64,000 bases of DNA from Desulfomonilia bacterium (GCA_050014195.1 JBEKDT010000002.1:32001-96000), one strand, 5' to 3'. Numbered from the stretch's first letter, positions 46,505 to 59,175 are shown. Made by a program: numbers and translations. Notes: generated by a model from the sequence alone, not told the origin.

Positions 46505-47753
46505 TGCCTGATCTGGCCGTCCCCGAAGCAGACGAACTTCCGGATTGTGAGGTCTTCAATCCCCATGGGCCCGTATGCGTGAATCTTGGAGGTGCTGATG
46601 CCCACCTCCGCCCCCAGGCCGAACTCGCCGCCGTCGGAAAACCGGGTGCTGGCATTTATCAGAACCGTGGAAGAGTCCACCTGATTGATGAACTCCATGG
46701 CCCTTGTGTAATTCTCCGTTATGATGGCCTCGGTATGATTCGATCCGTACTTCTCGATGTGATCCATGGCCTCGTGGATGTCTTCCACGATCTTTACAGC
46801 CAGGATCAGGTCGAGGAATTCCGCATACCAGTCTTCCTCGGTGGCGACCTTCATCTCGGGAAGAAATGCCCTGCATCTCGGGCATCCCCTGAGCTCCACG
46901 CCGTTCTGCTTGTATATCCGGGCCATCTTAGGCAAAAAGATCCCGGCAACGGGTGCATCGATGAGCAGGGTCTCCATTGCGTTGCATACTCCCGGCCGCT
47001 GGACCTTCGCATTGAGGCAGATGCTGTACGCCTTCTCAAGGTCGGCCTGCCTGTCTACAAAGATATGGCACACACCCTTGTAATGTTTGAGCACCGGGAT
47101 GAGCGAATTCTCCGCCACAGTCCTGATGAGGCCCTCACCGCCCCTGGGTATGACAAGGTCGATATAGTCCTCAAGCTTGAGCATATCCAGTATCGCCTGC
47201 CGGTCGGTAACCGGTATGAAGCCGATCACATCAGGATCGATGCCTGATTGTGTTAAAGATTCCTTGAGGATTTTAACAATGGCGGCATTCGAGTTAAAGG
47301 CCTCTGATCCTCCCCGCAGAATGACTGCATTGCTTGATTTCAGGCACAGACCTGCAGTATCGGCCGTTACATTAGGCCTTGATTCGTAAATGATGGCCAC
47401 TACACCGATGGGTATGCGCATCCTGCCGACAACCAGGCCGTTCGGCCGTCTGACCATACCGGTGATCTGGCCCACCGGGTCGTTTTGATCGGCGATCTCT
47501 TCAAGGGCCTTGGCCATGCCTTCGATGACTTTGTCGCTCAAGGTCAGCCGGTCGATCATTGCACTGCTCAGGCCGGTCTTAAAGGCTTCATCAAGGTCCT
47601 TTGCATTCTCCTCTTTGAGAAACTCGGCCGTGCTTCTCAAAGAGGCTGCCATGTGTCTGAGGACTTCAGTCTTCTTTGCACTGGGCAGCCCCATAAGGGA
47701 CTTGGAAGCCCTCTTCGCATTGGCGGCTATATCCTTAATCACCTGGCTGGACA

Positions 47754-47754
<1 letters not shown>
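46501..47754 (-). CDS. proA: Gamma-glutamyl phosphate reductase
   Basis: IYESRPNVT, IPRGG, VCNAMETLL, NASTRFSDGGEFGLGAEVGIST. Confidence 0.97.
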
Positions 47755-50149
<2,395 letters not shown>

Positions 50150-50165
50150 GGCCTGTAAACGCCTC

Positions 50166-50477
50166 CTAGTCTTTAGAGATCTTTGTGATACGCACTTCGG
50201 TAAGATACTGCCTGTGGCCTATAGTCCTGCGGTATCTCTTCCTGCGCTTCATCTTGAACACGAGGATCTTCTTGTCCCTGAGTTGTCTGACGACCGAAGC
50301 ACTGACCTGGGCGCCCTTGACCGTAGGAGAGCCGATCGCAAACTCGTCACCGCCGAGGAGCAATACATCGGCGAAGGTGACCGTATCGCCCTTTTCCGCT
50401 TCCAGCTTCTCTACGCGAAGGATGTCACCCTCTTCTACCTTGTACTGCTTCCCGCCTGTCCTTATAACCGCATACAT
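50166..50477 (-). CDS. rplU: 50S ribosomal protein L21
   Basis: [14 protein letters not shown]...GHRQYLT. SD GAGGTG. Confidence 0.98.
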   Translation of the reverse strand: MYAVIRTGGKQYKVEEGDILRVEKLEAEKGDTVTFADVLLLGGDEFAIGSPTVKGAQVSASVVRQLRDKKILVFKMKRRKRYRRTIGHRQYLTEVRITKISKD

Positions 50478-50622
50478 GATGCACCTCGAAAGCATGGTTG
50501 TTCAAAGAATGAAGAGCTATTAATGAAAGTGCTCGGTGTTGTCAAGGAATTTCCCTGGGGAATTGTTAAATTCACCTAAAGTAAAACGACAAAGCCCTCA
50601 TGCCATAATTTAAAAAAAGGAC

Positions 50623-50756
50623 AAAAAAAATGCCAGAAGATTCAGGTGTGGGGACGGTTGCGGAATGGTGTGTCCCTTCTTCTGGCATCAAAAGGAGGTT
50701 TCAGTTAAGAACTTTGTTTTCGAGTATTGACCTTTCTTTGCTTTTCTATTTTTTTA
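50623..50756 (-). ncRNA. Candidate sigma54-dependent small RNA
   Basis: GG-N10-GC promoter at 50782-50767, anti-SD AACCTCCTT, an 11-bp stem (50630-50640 / 50678-50688) and a T8 tract. No ORF in the interval. Confidence 0.45.
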
Positions 50757-50766
50757 CTCAATATAT

Positions 50767-50782
50767 TGCCAAATATATGCCA
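50767..50782 (-). promoter_or_regulatory. Sigma54 -24/-12 promoter
   Basis: TGGCATATATTTGGCA (GG-N10-GC). Confidence 0.5.
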
Positions 50783-50908
50783 CTGGGAAATGTATCTTCA
50801 AGGCATTGATTACAGACTCTATTATTGGATTCTATTCGCGTCCTTTGGTGGCTGCACCCAAACAGCCTTCATTTTTTGTGGTCGCCGGACCATAGCCTAT
50901 GGTTTTCA

Positions 50909-51208
50909 TTACCTACTTATCTTTAACCTGATCTTAAACTTGTTTACCTTGCCCTGCTCCTGGTTGACCATATCCGTGACCTGGCCAAGGCCGAAGACCT
51001 TACCGCCGCTGCCATGTGGATTCAACTGAGGATTATCCCGGCATTCCGGACAGAAAGACCTTATGGCAACTTCCTCTTGAGCAGTGCGCCATATCTCAAT
51101 GCTTCGGCATTTCTTGCACAATGGCCTCAGGCAGCCATCACACTCAGTGATGGATTGTCTCTCATTGCATATGCCGCAGAATTTTAAATTTACATTTTGC
51201 TTTCTCAT
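50909..51208 (-). CDS. Small Cys-rich zinc-finger-like protein
   Basis: Four CxxC pairs (CGIC, CDGC, CKKC, CPEC). Confidence 0.7.
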   Translation of the reverse strand: MRKQNVNLKFCGICNERQSITECDGCLRPLCKKCRSIEIWRTAQEEVAIRSFCPECRDNPQLNPHGSGGKVFGLGQVTDMVNQEQGKVNKFKIRLKISR

Positions 51209-51237
51209 ACGAGTGCCCTGTGTTCTCTTCAGGTAAT

Positions 51238-51253
51238 TGCGAATGCCATGCCA
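51238..51253 (-). promoter_or_regulatory. Sigma54 -24/-12 promoter
   Basis: TGGCATGGCATTCGCA (GG-N10-GC), ~30 bp before the Cys-rich ORF. Confidence 0.5.
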
Positions 51254-51440
51254 CCTTTAATTCCAGAATTATGAAATATAATATTAATATGTTATGTGCC
51301 GCCCCCCAATACACATGAATATGAAGTTCAATCAGGTCTTATGCATTTGCACCATAGTTTGGTGTTCGGGCCATAATTGACAAGGGATGCCGAATCCTTT
51401 ATTCAATGAACATCTTTTTGCAGCGAGGGTTTACGCTTCT

Positions 51441-52823
51441 ATGGATTTCTTTTTCAAACCTAATGGTATTGCCGTAATCGGTGCCAGCGACAACAAGTCC
51501 AAAGGCGGTTTTCATCTCATCAACAATACCCTTCAAAGCTATAAGGGCCAGGTCTATCCGGTCAATCCGCGGTATGAAACTCTCCTGGGCAGGCAGTGCT
51601 ACCCTGATGTCTCATCCATCCCCGCAGACTTTGATCTTGCCATATACTTCATCCCTGCCCCTTCTCTCCCCCATACCATTAAGGAATGTGCAAAGAAGAA
51701 GGTGAAAGGCATCATCATAGAGTCGGCAGGTTTTGCAGAGGTCGGCCCGGAGGGCAGGAAACTGCAGGAGGAGTGTGTTGCCCTCGCAAAAAGGTATGGC
51801 ATCAGGCTCTGGGGACCAAACTGCATGGGTTTGCTGGATGCCCACAATGGCCATGTTTTCTCTTTCATGTATACGGATGCCTGGAAGACATTGATGAAAC
51901 CAGGTGATGTATCCATGACTGTCCAGAGCGGCATGCTCTCCGCCGGCTTCCTTATGATGATCCTGGAGCGTGGCGGGCTGGATATAAGCAAGATGTGCTC
52001 CATCGGCAATAAATGCGATGTTAATGAGACAGAGCTTTTGGAATATTTCATCAATGATCCCACCACCAATGTTATCGGACATTATGCAGAATCCATTGCC
52101 GACCCGAGGAAGTTTTTTGAACTGGCTTTAGGCACAAATAAACCCATCGTGCTGCTCAAAGGCGGTCGCAGCCCTGGAGGGGCAAAGGCGGCCATGAGCC
52201 ATACGGCCAGTATGGCTCTCGACCATACGATCCTGCGCTCAGTCATGAAGCAGGCAGGCATCATAGAGGTCACGGATATAACCGAGCTCATGGACTTCCT
52301 CAGGGGTTTCTCCAAGATAAAGAAATGTCATGCATATGAAGATGCAGGGACTGCTGTGGTTACTTTTTCAGGGGGTGGCGGTATCGTCACATCCGATCTC
52401 CTGTATGAGTCGGGCCTGAGCCTCGCCGAGTTGAGCCCGGAGACCCTGACTGCCTTGAAGGCGGTCTACCCCCCATGGATGGACCCGGGAAACCCCACAG
52501 ACATCTGGCCGGCTATCGAGCATAGCGGCTTACAAAAGGTTTATACCGCTGTTTCAGAATCCATCCTGCACGATGACCGTGTGGACTCGGTCATCATCCA
52601 CATCTTTGCCAGTATGCCCGAGGCCTCTATGTTTGAAAACCTCGGCAGGCTGAAAGATGAGCTCGGGAAACCTGTAGTGGCATGGCTTGCCGGTGTAGGA
52701 GACAGGGTAAAGACGCTCAGGGCCGGCCTTGAGAATCTGGGTATTCCGGTCTTTGACGAGATGGGCCGCTGCGTCTCATTCCTGGCTGCTGCAAAACAGC
52801 ACTTCCGCAAGCGCGGCAGATGA
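51441..52823 (+). CDS. ADP-forming acyl-CoA synthetase alpha-type subunit (CoA-binding)
   Basis: IAVIGAS, YPVNP, SAGFAE, GPNCMG, QSG, GNKCD, SHTA phospho-His, GNPTD. No ATP-grasp domain. Confidence 0.87.
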   Translation: MDFFFKPNGIAVIGASDNKSKGGFHLINNTLQSYKGQVYPVNPRYETLLGRQCYPDVSSIPADFDLAIYFIPAPSLPHTIKECAKKKVKGIIIESAGFAEVGPEGRKLQEECVALAKRYGIRLWGPNCMGLLDAHNGHVFSFMYTDAWKTLMKPGDVSMTVQSGMLSAGFLMMILERGGLDISKMCSIGNKCDVNETELLEYFINDPTTNVIGHYAESIADPRKFFELALGTNKPIVLLKGGRSPGGAKAAMSHTASMALDHTILRSVMKQAGIIEVTDITELMDFLRGFSKIKKCHAYEDAGTAVVTFSGGGGIVTSDLLYESGLSLAELSPETLTALKAVYPPWMDPGNPTDIWPAIEHSGLQKVYTAVSESILHDDRVDSVIIHIFASMPEASMFENLGRLKDELGKPVVAWLAGVGDRVKTLRAGLENLGIPVFDEMGRCVSFLAAAKQHFRKRGR

Positions 52824-52969
52824 AAACAGGCACTGGGCAATAGGGTCTATGCGTATCTTCTGTCCAAAGATCTTCAGTTTTCAGGCATCTTAAAACCGAT
52901 AAGAAATCGAAGAGATCAATGGTTTTAGAAAATCAAGCCCTATGATAAGATACCGTTTAAGGGGGGCAT

Positions 52970-54580
52970 ATGTCCTCGAACAGGGTGCCGCTTGATGGGG
53001 TCCTTTCTCCCGATGAATGCCGGATTATTGATGCTTACTCATCTGAGAATCAAGGTGAGGATGCCTTACCAGGCATAGCTGAATTCATCAGGATGAACTT
53101 TTCAGTGAAGATCGATGTCGACCCGGATATCATTGAGGCCTACAAGACCGACAGTTCCAACCTACCCGGGAATGCTTCAGCCCTTGCAAGGCCGTCGAAC
53201 GAACGTGAGTGCGCTCTTATCCTTCGCATGTGCCGGTCATCCCGAATACCCGTCACTCTATCCGCCGGCCGCTCGAACCTCACAGGAAGCGCCACCCCGC
53301 CCGAGGGGATGCTTGTCTCCCTCTCGGAGATGAAAATACCTGGAGTACGGGTTGATCCCATTACGAAAACAGTTGTGAGCCCTGTGGGCATTATTTTCGA
53401 AGACATGAGGAAGTCAGTGCTAGAACAAAGTGAAGGGAAACTCTTCTTTCCCGTCGACCCGACGAGCCGTTTTGATGCCATGGTCGGTGGTGCCATTGCC
53501 TGCAATGCCTCCGGGTTCACGCCGGGAGAGACCGGTGCCATGCGTTCCTGGGTTCGATCTCTTCGGTTCCTCCTTATGAACGGCATGGGCATTACTGCCG
53601 GGCGCGGTCAATATGTCGCCGAGGACGGGATGTTTCTCTTCACTCATGGATCAGACGAGATCCCTGTTCCCGTTCCCAGGTACTCGAGGCCATCGATAAA
53701 AAATGCGAGCGGTCCGTATTCCAACCCGCACGGCAGTGTCGATCTTGTCGATCTGATAATCGGCAGCGAAGGGATATTTGCGCTGGTGACCGGATGCACC
53801 CTGGCATTGTCCGATCATCCGCGTGAATATCTCGATCTGTTCCTTTCACTGCCTGATGAGTCTGATGCCCTGAAGCTTCTCTTTTATCTCTCCGGAAGCC
53901 TGCCGGACCGGTTTTCATCACTCAGCGCCTTTGAATATTTCGGGCCGAATTGCAGGAGATATATGGACCACGAGCACCGGCTTTTCAGGACCGACCATGC
54001 TGTCGGTGTCTATATACAGATCCCCTTGCGGGATGAGCCGCTGGAGCAATCAGCGCAGGAATGGCTTGAGATCCTCCAGGATGCACCGTGCCGGATCCGG
54101 GAGGATGCCATCATGATTCTCCTGACGGATCGTGACAGGACGATCTTCTTCGAGGCACGCCACTCCTTGCCGGCACGCTCGCTTGAGGTGGTGACAAGGC
54201 GCGGCACCCATACCATCATGACCGATACGGTTGTCCCTTTGATGAGGTTTGCCGAGTTCCTTGAATATACCCATGCCCTCATCCGTTCGGAAGGGCTCGA
54301 TTATCTCGTCTTCGGCCACCTGGGCGACTGTCATCTCCATTTCATGATCCTCCCGGAAAAAGACCAGCTACGCCGGGGGGTGGACGTGTACGACAGGATC
54401 ATCGAAAAGTCCTCAGCCCTGGGCGGTGTCTACTCGGGAGAGCACGGCACGGGTAAGAGAAAACGAGGCGATTTTCTGAAATGTTATGGGGCCCAGGCCG
54501 CAGAACAGGTCCTGGCCACGAAACGTGCATTCGACCCCCTGCTCCTCCTCAACCGTGGCAATGTCATAGCATATCCTTAA
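52970..54580 (+). CDS. FAD-linked oxidoreductase (GlcD/D-lactate dehydrogenase-like)
   Basis: GRSNLTGS, FPVDPTS, GGAIACNASG, GSEGI, GHLGDCHLH, GEHGTGK, FDPLLLLNRG. Confidence 0.88.
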   Translation: MSSNRVPLDGVLSPDECRIIDAYSSENQGEDALPGIAEFIRMNFSVKIDVDPDIIEAYKTDSSNLPGNASALARPSNERECALILRMCRSSRIPVTLSAGRSNLTGSATPPEGMLVSLSEMKIPGVRVDPITKTVVSPVGIIFEDMRKSVLEQSEGKLFFPVDPTSRFDAMVGGAIACNASGFTPGETGAMRSWVRSLRFLLMNGMGITAGRGQYVAEDGMFLFTHGSDEIPVPVPRYSRPSIKNASGPYSNPHGSVDLVDLIIGSEGIFALVTGCTLALSDHPREYLDLFLSLPDESDALKLLFYLSGSLPDRFSSLSAFEYFGPNCRRYMDHEHRLFRTDHAVGVYIQIPLRDEPLEQSAQEWLEILQDAPCRIREDAIMILLTDRDRTIFFEARHSLPARSLEVVTRRGTHTIMTDTVVPLMRFAEFLEYTHALIRSEGLDYLVFGHLGDCHLHFMILPEKDQLRRGVDVYDRIIEKSSALGGVYSGEHGTGKRKRGDFLKCYGAQAAEQVLATKRAFDPLLLLNRGNVIAYP

Positions 54581-54740
54581 GGCATACTACCTCCATGAAA
54601 GATCCTCACGTCAAATGCCGGTGCATGCGCCTTGACAGCGAACTTTTTGCCTTTATATAAAAAGCAGTACGGAACAAGGCAGTTGGAATCATGGCGTGAT
54701 GGCGGGGAAAAGGTAGCTATTCTCAATATAGGAGGCAAGT

Positions 54741-55322
54741 ATGGCTGCAAAGAAGATCTTGATGCTCGTTGGTGACTATGTGGAAGACTATGAGGTCATG
54801 GTGCCTTTCCAGGCACTGCAGATGGTCGGGCATACGGTACATGCAGTATGCAGCGGCAAGAAATCCGGCGAGCAGGTACGTACGGCAGTGCATGACTTTG
54901 TCGGTGATCAGACCTACAGTGAAAAACCTGGCCACAACTTCACGCTGAATGCGAACTTTGATGACGTGAAGGCGGAAAACTATGATGCGCTGGTAATCCC
55001 CGGCGGGAGAGCACCCGAGTACATCAGGTTGAATCAAGATGTTTTGAAAATCGTTCAGCATTTTGCAAAAGCCAAGAAACCTATTGCATCGATCTGTCAT
55101 GGGGCCCAATTGCTTGCGGCAGCCGGTGTGCTTGAGGGCAAGAGCTGCTCTGCATATCCGGCAGTAGGGCCTGATGTAAAGCAATCCGGTGGTAACTACG
55201 TCGATATCCCCATGGACAAGGCCCATGTTGACGGGAATCTGGTAACCGCACCTGCGTGGCCTGCACATCCTGATTGGCTTGCCAAGTTTCTCAAGGTTCT
55301 GGGAACTGAGATCGTTCTCTAG
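54741..55322 (+). CDS. DJ-1/PfpI family protein
   Basis: [34 protein letters not shown]; TTGACA at 54632. Confidence 0.93.
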   Translation: MAAKKILMLVGDYVEDYEVMVPFQALQMVGHTVHAVCSGKKSGEQVRTAVHDFVGDQTYSEKPGHNFTLNANFDDVKAENYDALVIPGGRAPEYIRLNQDVLKIVQHFAKAKKPIASICHGAQLLAAAGVLEGKSCSAYPAVGPDVKQSGGNYVDIPMDKAHVDGNLVTAPAWPAHPDWLAKFLKVLGTEIVL

Positions 55323-55498
55323 CTAAACTGTTTTAGAAATTATCTTGCGAAACTGACAGGTCCACCATGCAGTACATGACTTCTGTGAGGGACGCTGGTA
55401 GCGTTTGCACAAACATAATTGAGCATTGCAATTCTTCCTTGACTGAACTGATCTCAGCGATTAGCCTTCATTATCAACAAATTTTATTGGAGGTACAG

Positions 55499-55618
55499 AT
55501 GAAAAAGCTATTTATACGAATCATAGTTCTCGGCATTTTGGCTGGCATTGGATACCTTGTTTGTAAGAAGTTTTGCAATAAGGGCAATTGTGGTTGCAGT
55601 AATAAAAAAGAGGCTTAA
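55499..55618 (+). CDS. 39-aa single-TM protein with Cys-rich tail
   Basis: SD GGAGG. MKKLFIRIIVLGILAGIGYLVCKKFCNKGNCGCSNKKEA. Confidence 0.55.
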   Translation: MKKLFIRIIVLGILAGIGYLVCKKFCNKGNCGCSNKKEA

Positions 55619-55620
55619 CC

Positions 55621-55803
55621 ATGGCTATGAAAGTCGAGATTAAAGATAACAAGCTTTTCATTGAAATTGACCTGGAAAAACCAACACCATCATCATCCGG
55701 TAAAACCTTGGTAGTCGCCAGCACGCGAGGGAACGTGGTTACCACTGCTCAAGTAGACGGTAAACCTATTACTATCGGGTTGAACGCCTATATCAAACGC
55801 TGA
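55621..55803 (+). CDS. Small conserved-looking beta-rich protein (SxSGKTxxxASTxGN motif)
   Basis: 60 aa, starting 2 bp after the previous stop, SD AGAGG. Confidence 0.7.
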   Translation: MAMKVEIKDNKLFIEIDLEKPTPSSSGKTLVVASTRGNVVTTAQVDGKPITIGLNAYIKR

Positions 55804-56081
55804 ACACGAAGACATGGTGCCTATTGCAGCCCTTATTACTTCTGCAGTATCACAAGGTGAAAGAGTGATCTCAAGGTCAATCCGGAGATCCCGTGGCACC
55901 TGTCTTTCTATCAATATTCCAACCGGATGGCTCATCTTTATTAAGGGATGTTGAATTATTGCAGGAATCAACGGTATGAGAAAATCGTCTCTACCCAAAC
56001 TTTTTCCAGCTTTATGATTAAGGTGCTGACACAGCTATTACTCCTCGAAGATATCGCAGCATTATCTTCAGGAGATACCTT

Positions 56082-56288
56082 TTATAATCTTAATAAGAAC
56101 GGAAGTACTATGAGAAGTATCCCAGTAAAGATAAACAGATACATGTTTTGAACAAAATATGGAAAAGTACAAAGGGCAATTCCTGAAAGCAGTGCGATAC
56201 CCTTCCTCTGCTTCTTGCCATACACAATATATCCCATACCGAATGATCCGAACAAGACTCCTAATAGGAGTGAGGTGGAAATATCCAT
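56082..56288 (-). CDS. Small membrane protein
   Basis: 68 aa, hydrophobic. FGSFGMGYIVYGKKQ..FPYFV. SD AAGGGG. Confidence 0.7.
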   Translation of the reverse strand: MDISTSLLLGVLFGSFGMGYIVYGKKQRKGIALLSGIALCTFPYFVQNMYLFIFTGILLIVLPFLLRL

Positions 56289-56350
56289 AAGTGCCCCTTA
56301 ATCCCTTAGGTCAACCAATAATAGTTCGGCAGGTAAGCTCCTAAACGTTA

Positions 56351-56829
56351 TCATACTAGCCATGGCAGACAGCCCATCTCCAAATACATTGAGAGCTGCC
56401 TAAACTGACGCCCCTTTTCATAGATCGGATCTTGTTTCCCAACCACATATAAAACTGCAATCCCCGGTTTAACCGCAGGGGCATTACGCGGCATGACCGC
56501 TGCGCCCTCAGGGCTGAACCAGCTCAAATAGCTTTTGGTTGTGACATTGATGGTTGATGTATTGCCTTGATTGACATCGGTAAAATCCGACAGTTCGCTG
56601 CTTTTACCTTTATCCACTTGGAATAAGACATTTCCGGAGTTACAACCATGAACCCGTTTCTTTTAAGATTGCTTGCCGGTTCTGAGACAGACGGTGTTGC
56701 CGGCGTACCTCCTTTGCCATGCAGCAACACCACGCCCACTTTATTCTCTGCAGCATAGGCATTCAAGAATACGGTGCTAAGCAAAAAAACTGTTGTCCAA
56801 AGAAGGGCCAAAATCTTTTTATTGTACAT
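56351..56829 (-). pseudogene. Broken exported alpha/beta-hydrolase
   Basis: Signal peptide + VVLLHGKGG..VVTPEMSYS in one frame; YLSWFSPEG..VLYVVGKQDP in another. The GxSxG segment is absent. Confidence 0.6.
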
Positions 56830-57487
56830 GATAATCGCCTCTACCATCAAAGTATCTGTTAGGCAAAGTTTGAAAGATGGTCAGATACAGATAAGTTGAC
56901 TGCTTCTTTCTTCAGGATCACTCCTGCTTACTCGCCCTGGATAACTTTCATCTGGCCTGAGACAATAGATTATATTTCGAGATCTCTGGTTGTGTGCCAG
57001 AAGATGGGATTGGTGAGTTATCGAAGGAATATTCAATAGTGGCAAACCGACGATCGTGGCACGAAATCTATTAGTGTTATTCCATTATCCCGACGAGAAC
57101 GGAGAGATGGATTGGTGAATTGGGGATGATCGAGCAAAGACAAATGAGCGAGGTGCCGGCAGGAAGGGATGATGGTATAACACAGATTGAGCTAAGCCGC
57201 TTTACTCCGAGCGGGATGACACCTCGTCTATGGGTTTTGTATTCATGATTCGGTAGCTGAGGAAATGAGCTTTTTTAAGAGACATACTGCCCATCGTGAT
57301 GTTTTTTCTCCTCAACCATACCTGTTTTTCCATTGTACGAGCACCCATTTTACGTAAAAAAATATACCTCGGTGGCTGTGGTTTGTCCAGACCTTTGCGG
57401 AGGCCTGCCAATCCCCTGCCTTGAGTAGGAGCCGAGAGTGTGCTAGTCAACCGGACAGATGAATAGCAATGTTTTAACTGAGTGTAA

Positions 57488-57567
57488 TCACAACGTATAA
57501 ATTTGAATATAAGCAGAGGACATGAAGACTGCCGCGAAGCGGCTTAGTTCAATCATCGGTTATGTGA
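57488..57567 (+). other. attC-like site
   Basis: TCACAAC..ATTTGAATATAAGC...GCTTAGTTCAAT..GTTATGT. AAC/GTT core, two extra bases on the left arm, 80 bp. Confidence 0.5.
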
Positions 57568-57667
57568 TCTCAGATTTACTCCAACTTCGAGACCGTATGT
57601 TTCTGTACGCTAGCTCCCGCTGGTCCATGTTACAATTGGCCCCAATAGAAATTAAATCTGTCCTCTC

Positions 57668-58924
57668 CTATGCTTGAGGTTTTCTGGTTAGGAATCCTGA
57701 CAAAAATAACGCCAACAGGGTGTATGTCAGGAACAGGTAATACCCCGGCTGAAGGGAAGTGCCATTCGTAGTTAAGATCACTAGTTCCTGGCCTGCTGAG
57801 CTTAATTGACCGAACTGGCTGGTAATAATCCCATTAAATCCGATATAGGCCATAAATATGGCAACCACCATGACATCGGCCATGGACCATTTCCCGGATT
57901 TTAAGACAAAAAACTTGATCACCGGGTTCTCCCTTGCTTGGTGATAATTGTAATAATATCCCAGTGACGAGGCTATTTTTAACAGGGGAAATACAATACT
58001 GAAGGTAATCATCAAGACTCCGACAAATTTCATCTGGAGATCCTTATGAGTAATCATAATCCAAAATACATCCAAAATGCTTTTACTTTGGAAATACAAT
58101 ACCTGGTTTTCGAAATGGATGGGATGGCCCATCACCATAAAACTCATCTGTGAGATTTTTGCTTCCAGATCGATCGTGGGCGTAGTTACTCCGGCTATCA
58201 GCAGTATGATAAGAGACAGAACAAGGAGTATATACCTGGAGGGGGCCAAAGGTTGCTTGCTAAAACCAGACAAACTAAAAAGGATAACCGACAGAAGGAT
58301 CAACAGGATAGACTCCTTAAAGATCAGGGTCTGCTTAACCAAAATTGCCTTATTGACCTTGATCCTCGCACTTCCGATATCCTTAGAACCAGTCCCAATA
58401 AGGATGCGAATCAGTTGAGATGTATCCTGTGTATCAAAAGTTTGGTTAGAATATTGTTCGAGCTGTTTGTTCAGCAGGGTCTTTATCTGGCCCCTTGTTT
58501 TCGATTCCTTTATCTCATGAATGATGGCATCCGCATATTCAGGAATACTTTTTTTAATATCTTCCAGACTTATAAAAATATTTATAAAGGATTGTTTGAC
58601 CCAACCCTTCACGGAGCCTGAATTCCCTTCTCTGATTTTCTTGTCGATTTCATCAATAAGTGTATTCAACAGAACTTCGACATGTTTTCGGAGCTCCCGC
58701 TCATCCGTCTTTGACAAATCCAGCTTATTGATCTCCGCGGTAAGAATTGCGGTAATTTGTCGTTTCCATTCGTCAACACTTAATAGACCATATTTGATAT
58801 TGTTGAGTTCAGCATAATAGGTTTTGTTCTTTTGGTTGGAAGTTGAATTTGAAATAATTTGCTGGCATAAAATAACCGATGCGATGATGATTATTAAGGA
58901 TAAGATCAATTTGAACAGTTTCAT
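57668..58924 (-). CDS. PqiA-domain membrane protein with large N-terminal helical region
   Basis: KSILD, FSIVFPLLK, GKWSMADVMVVAIF, GYYLF are PqiA-type motifs. Confidence 0.8.
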   Translation of the reverse strand: MKLFKLILSLIIIIASVILCQQIISNSTSNQKNKTYYAELNNIKYGLLSVDEWKRQITAILTAEINKLDLSKTDERELRKHVEVLLNTLIDEIDKKIREGNSGSVKGWVKQSFINIFISLEDIKKSIPEYADAIIHEIKESKTRGQIKTLLNKQLEQYSNQTFDTQDTSQLIRILIGTGSKDIGSARIKVNKAILVKQTLIFKESILLILLSVILFSLSGFSKQPLAPSRYILLVLSLIILLIAGVTTPTIDLEAKISQMSFMVMGHPIHFENQVLYFQSKSILDVFWIMITHKDLQMKFVGVLMITFSIVFPLLKIASSLGYYYNYHQARENPVIKFFVLKSGKWSMADVMVVAIFMAYIGFNGIITSQFGQLSSAGQELVILTTNGTSLQPGYYLFLTYTLLALFLSGFLTRKPQA

Positions 58925-59088
58925 AGAGTGACCTTCATCCATCATAATTAGGACCAGCGGGAATATTGGTATGGAGGGATGGCAACGAATGACATTATCA
59001 GACGGTGTCATCCCTTGCTAAAACAATAGTTACAATATGCCTCATTGATTACTCCATCCCCTTAGAGCAGTGTGATGTCACAAAACCC

Positions 59089-59159
59089 GCAGTTGAAGAA
59101 GGGCTCCCGTGGCCGGCAGTAAATTCATCCTGCAGTGCCGGGGAACCCTCTTCAGTTGC
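59089..59159 (-). terminator. Long imperfect hairpin after the YSC84 gene
   Basis: GCAGTTGAAGAAGGGCTCCC..CCGGCA / TGCCGG-GGAACCCTCTTCAGTTGC. Weak T tract. Confidence 0.4.
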
Positions 59160-59175
59160 CTGCTTTGATAGCTGT

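Noticed and set aside
50727-51029. 100-aa plus-strand ORF using AAGGAGG at 50692
   Set aside because: The SD is ~28 nt from the TTG, the translation is low-complexity, and it overlaps the Cys-rich gene antisense.
52868-52902. ACCGATAA as a sigma28 promoter for the FAD oxidoreductase
   Set aside because: No -35 element at a convincing spacing.
55621-55803. SSSGKT as a Walker A motif
   Set aside because: 60 aa is too short for a P-loop NTPase, the leading Gly is absent and there is no Walker B.
57202-57450. 82-aa ORF as a transposase remnant
   Set aside because: No DDE, HUH or HTH motif recognisable; cannot be supported without a search.
59071-59082. TGTGA-TG-TCACA as a CRP/FNR site
   Set aside because: Half-site spacing is 2 bp, not 6.
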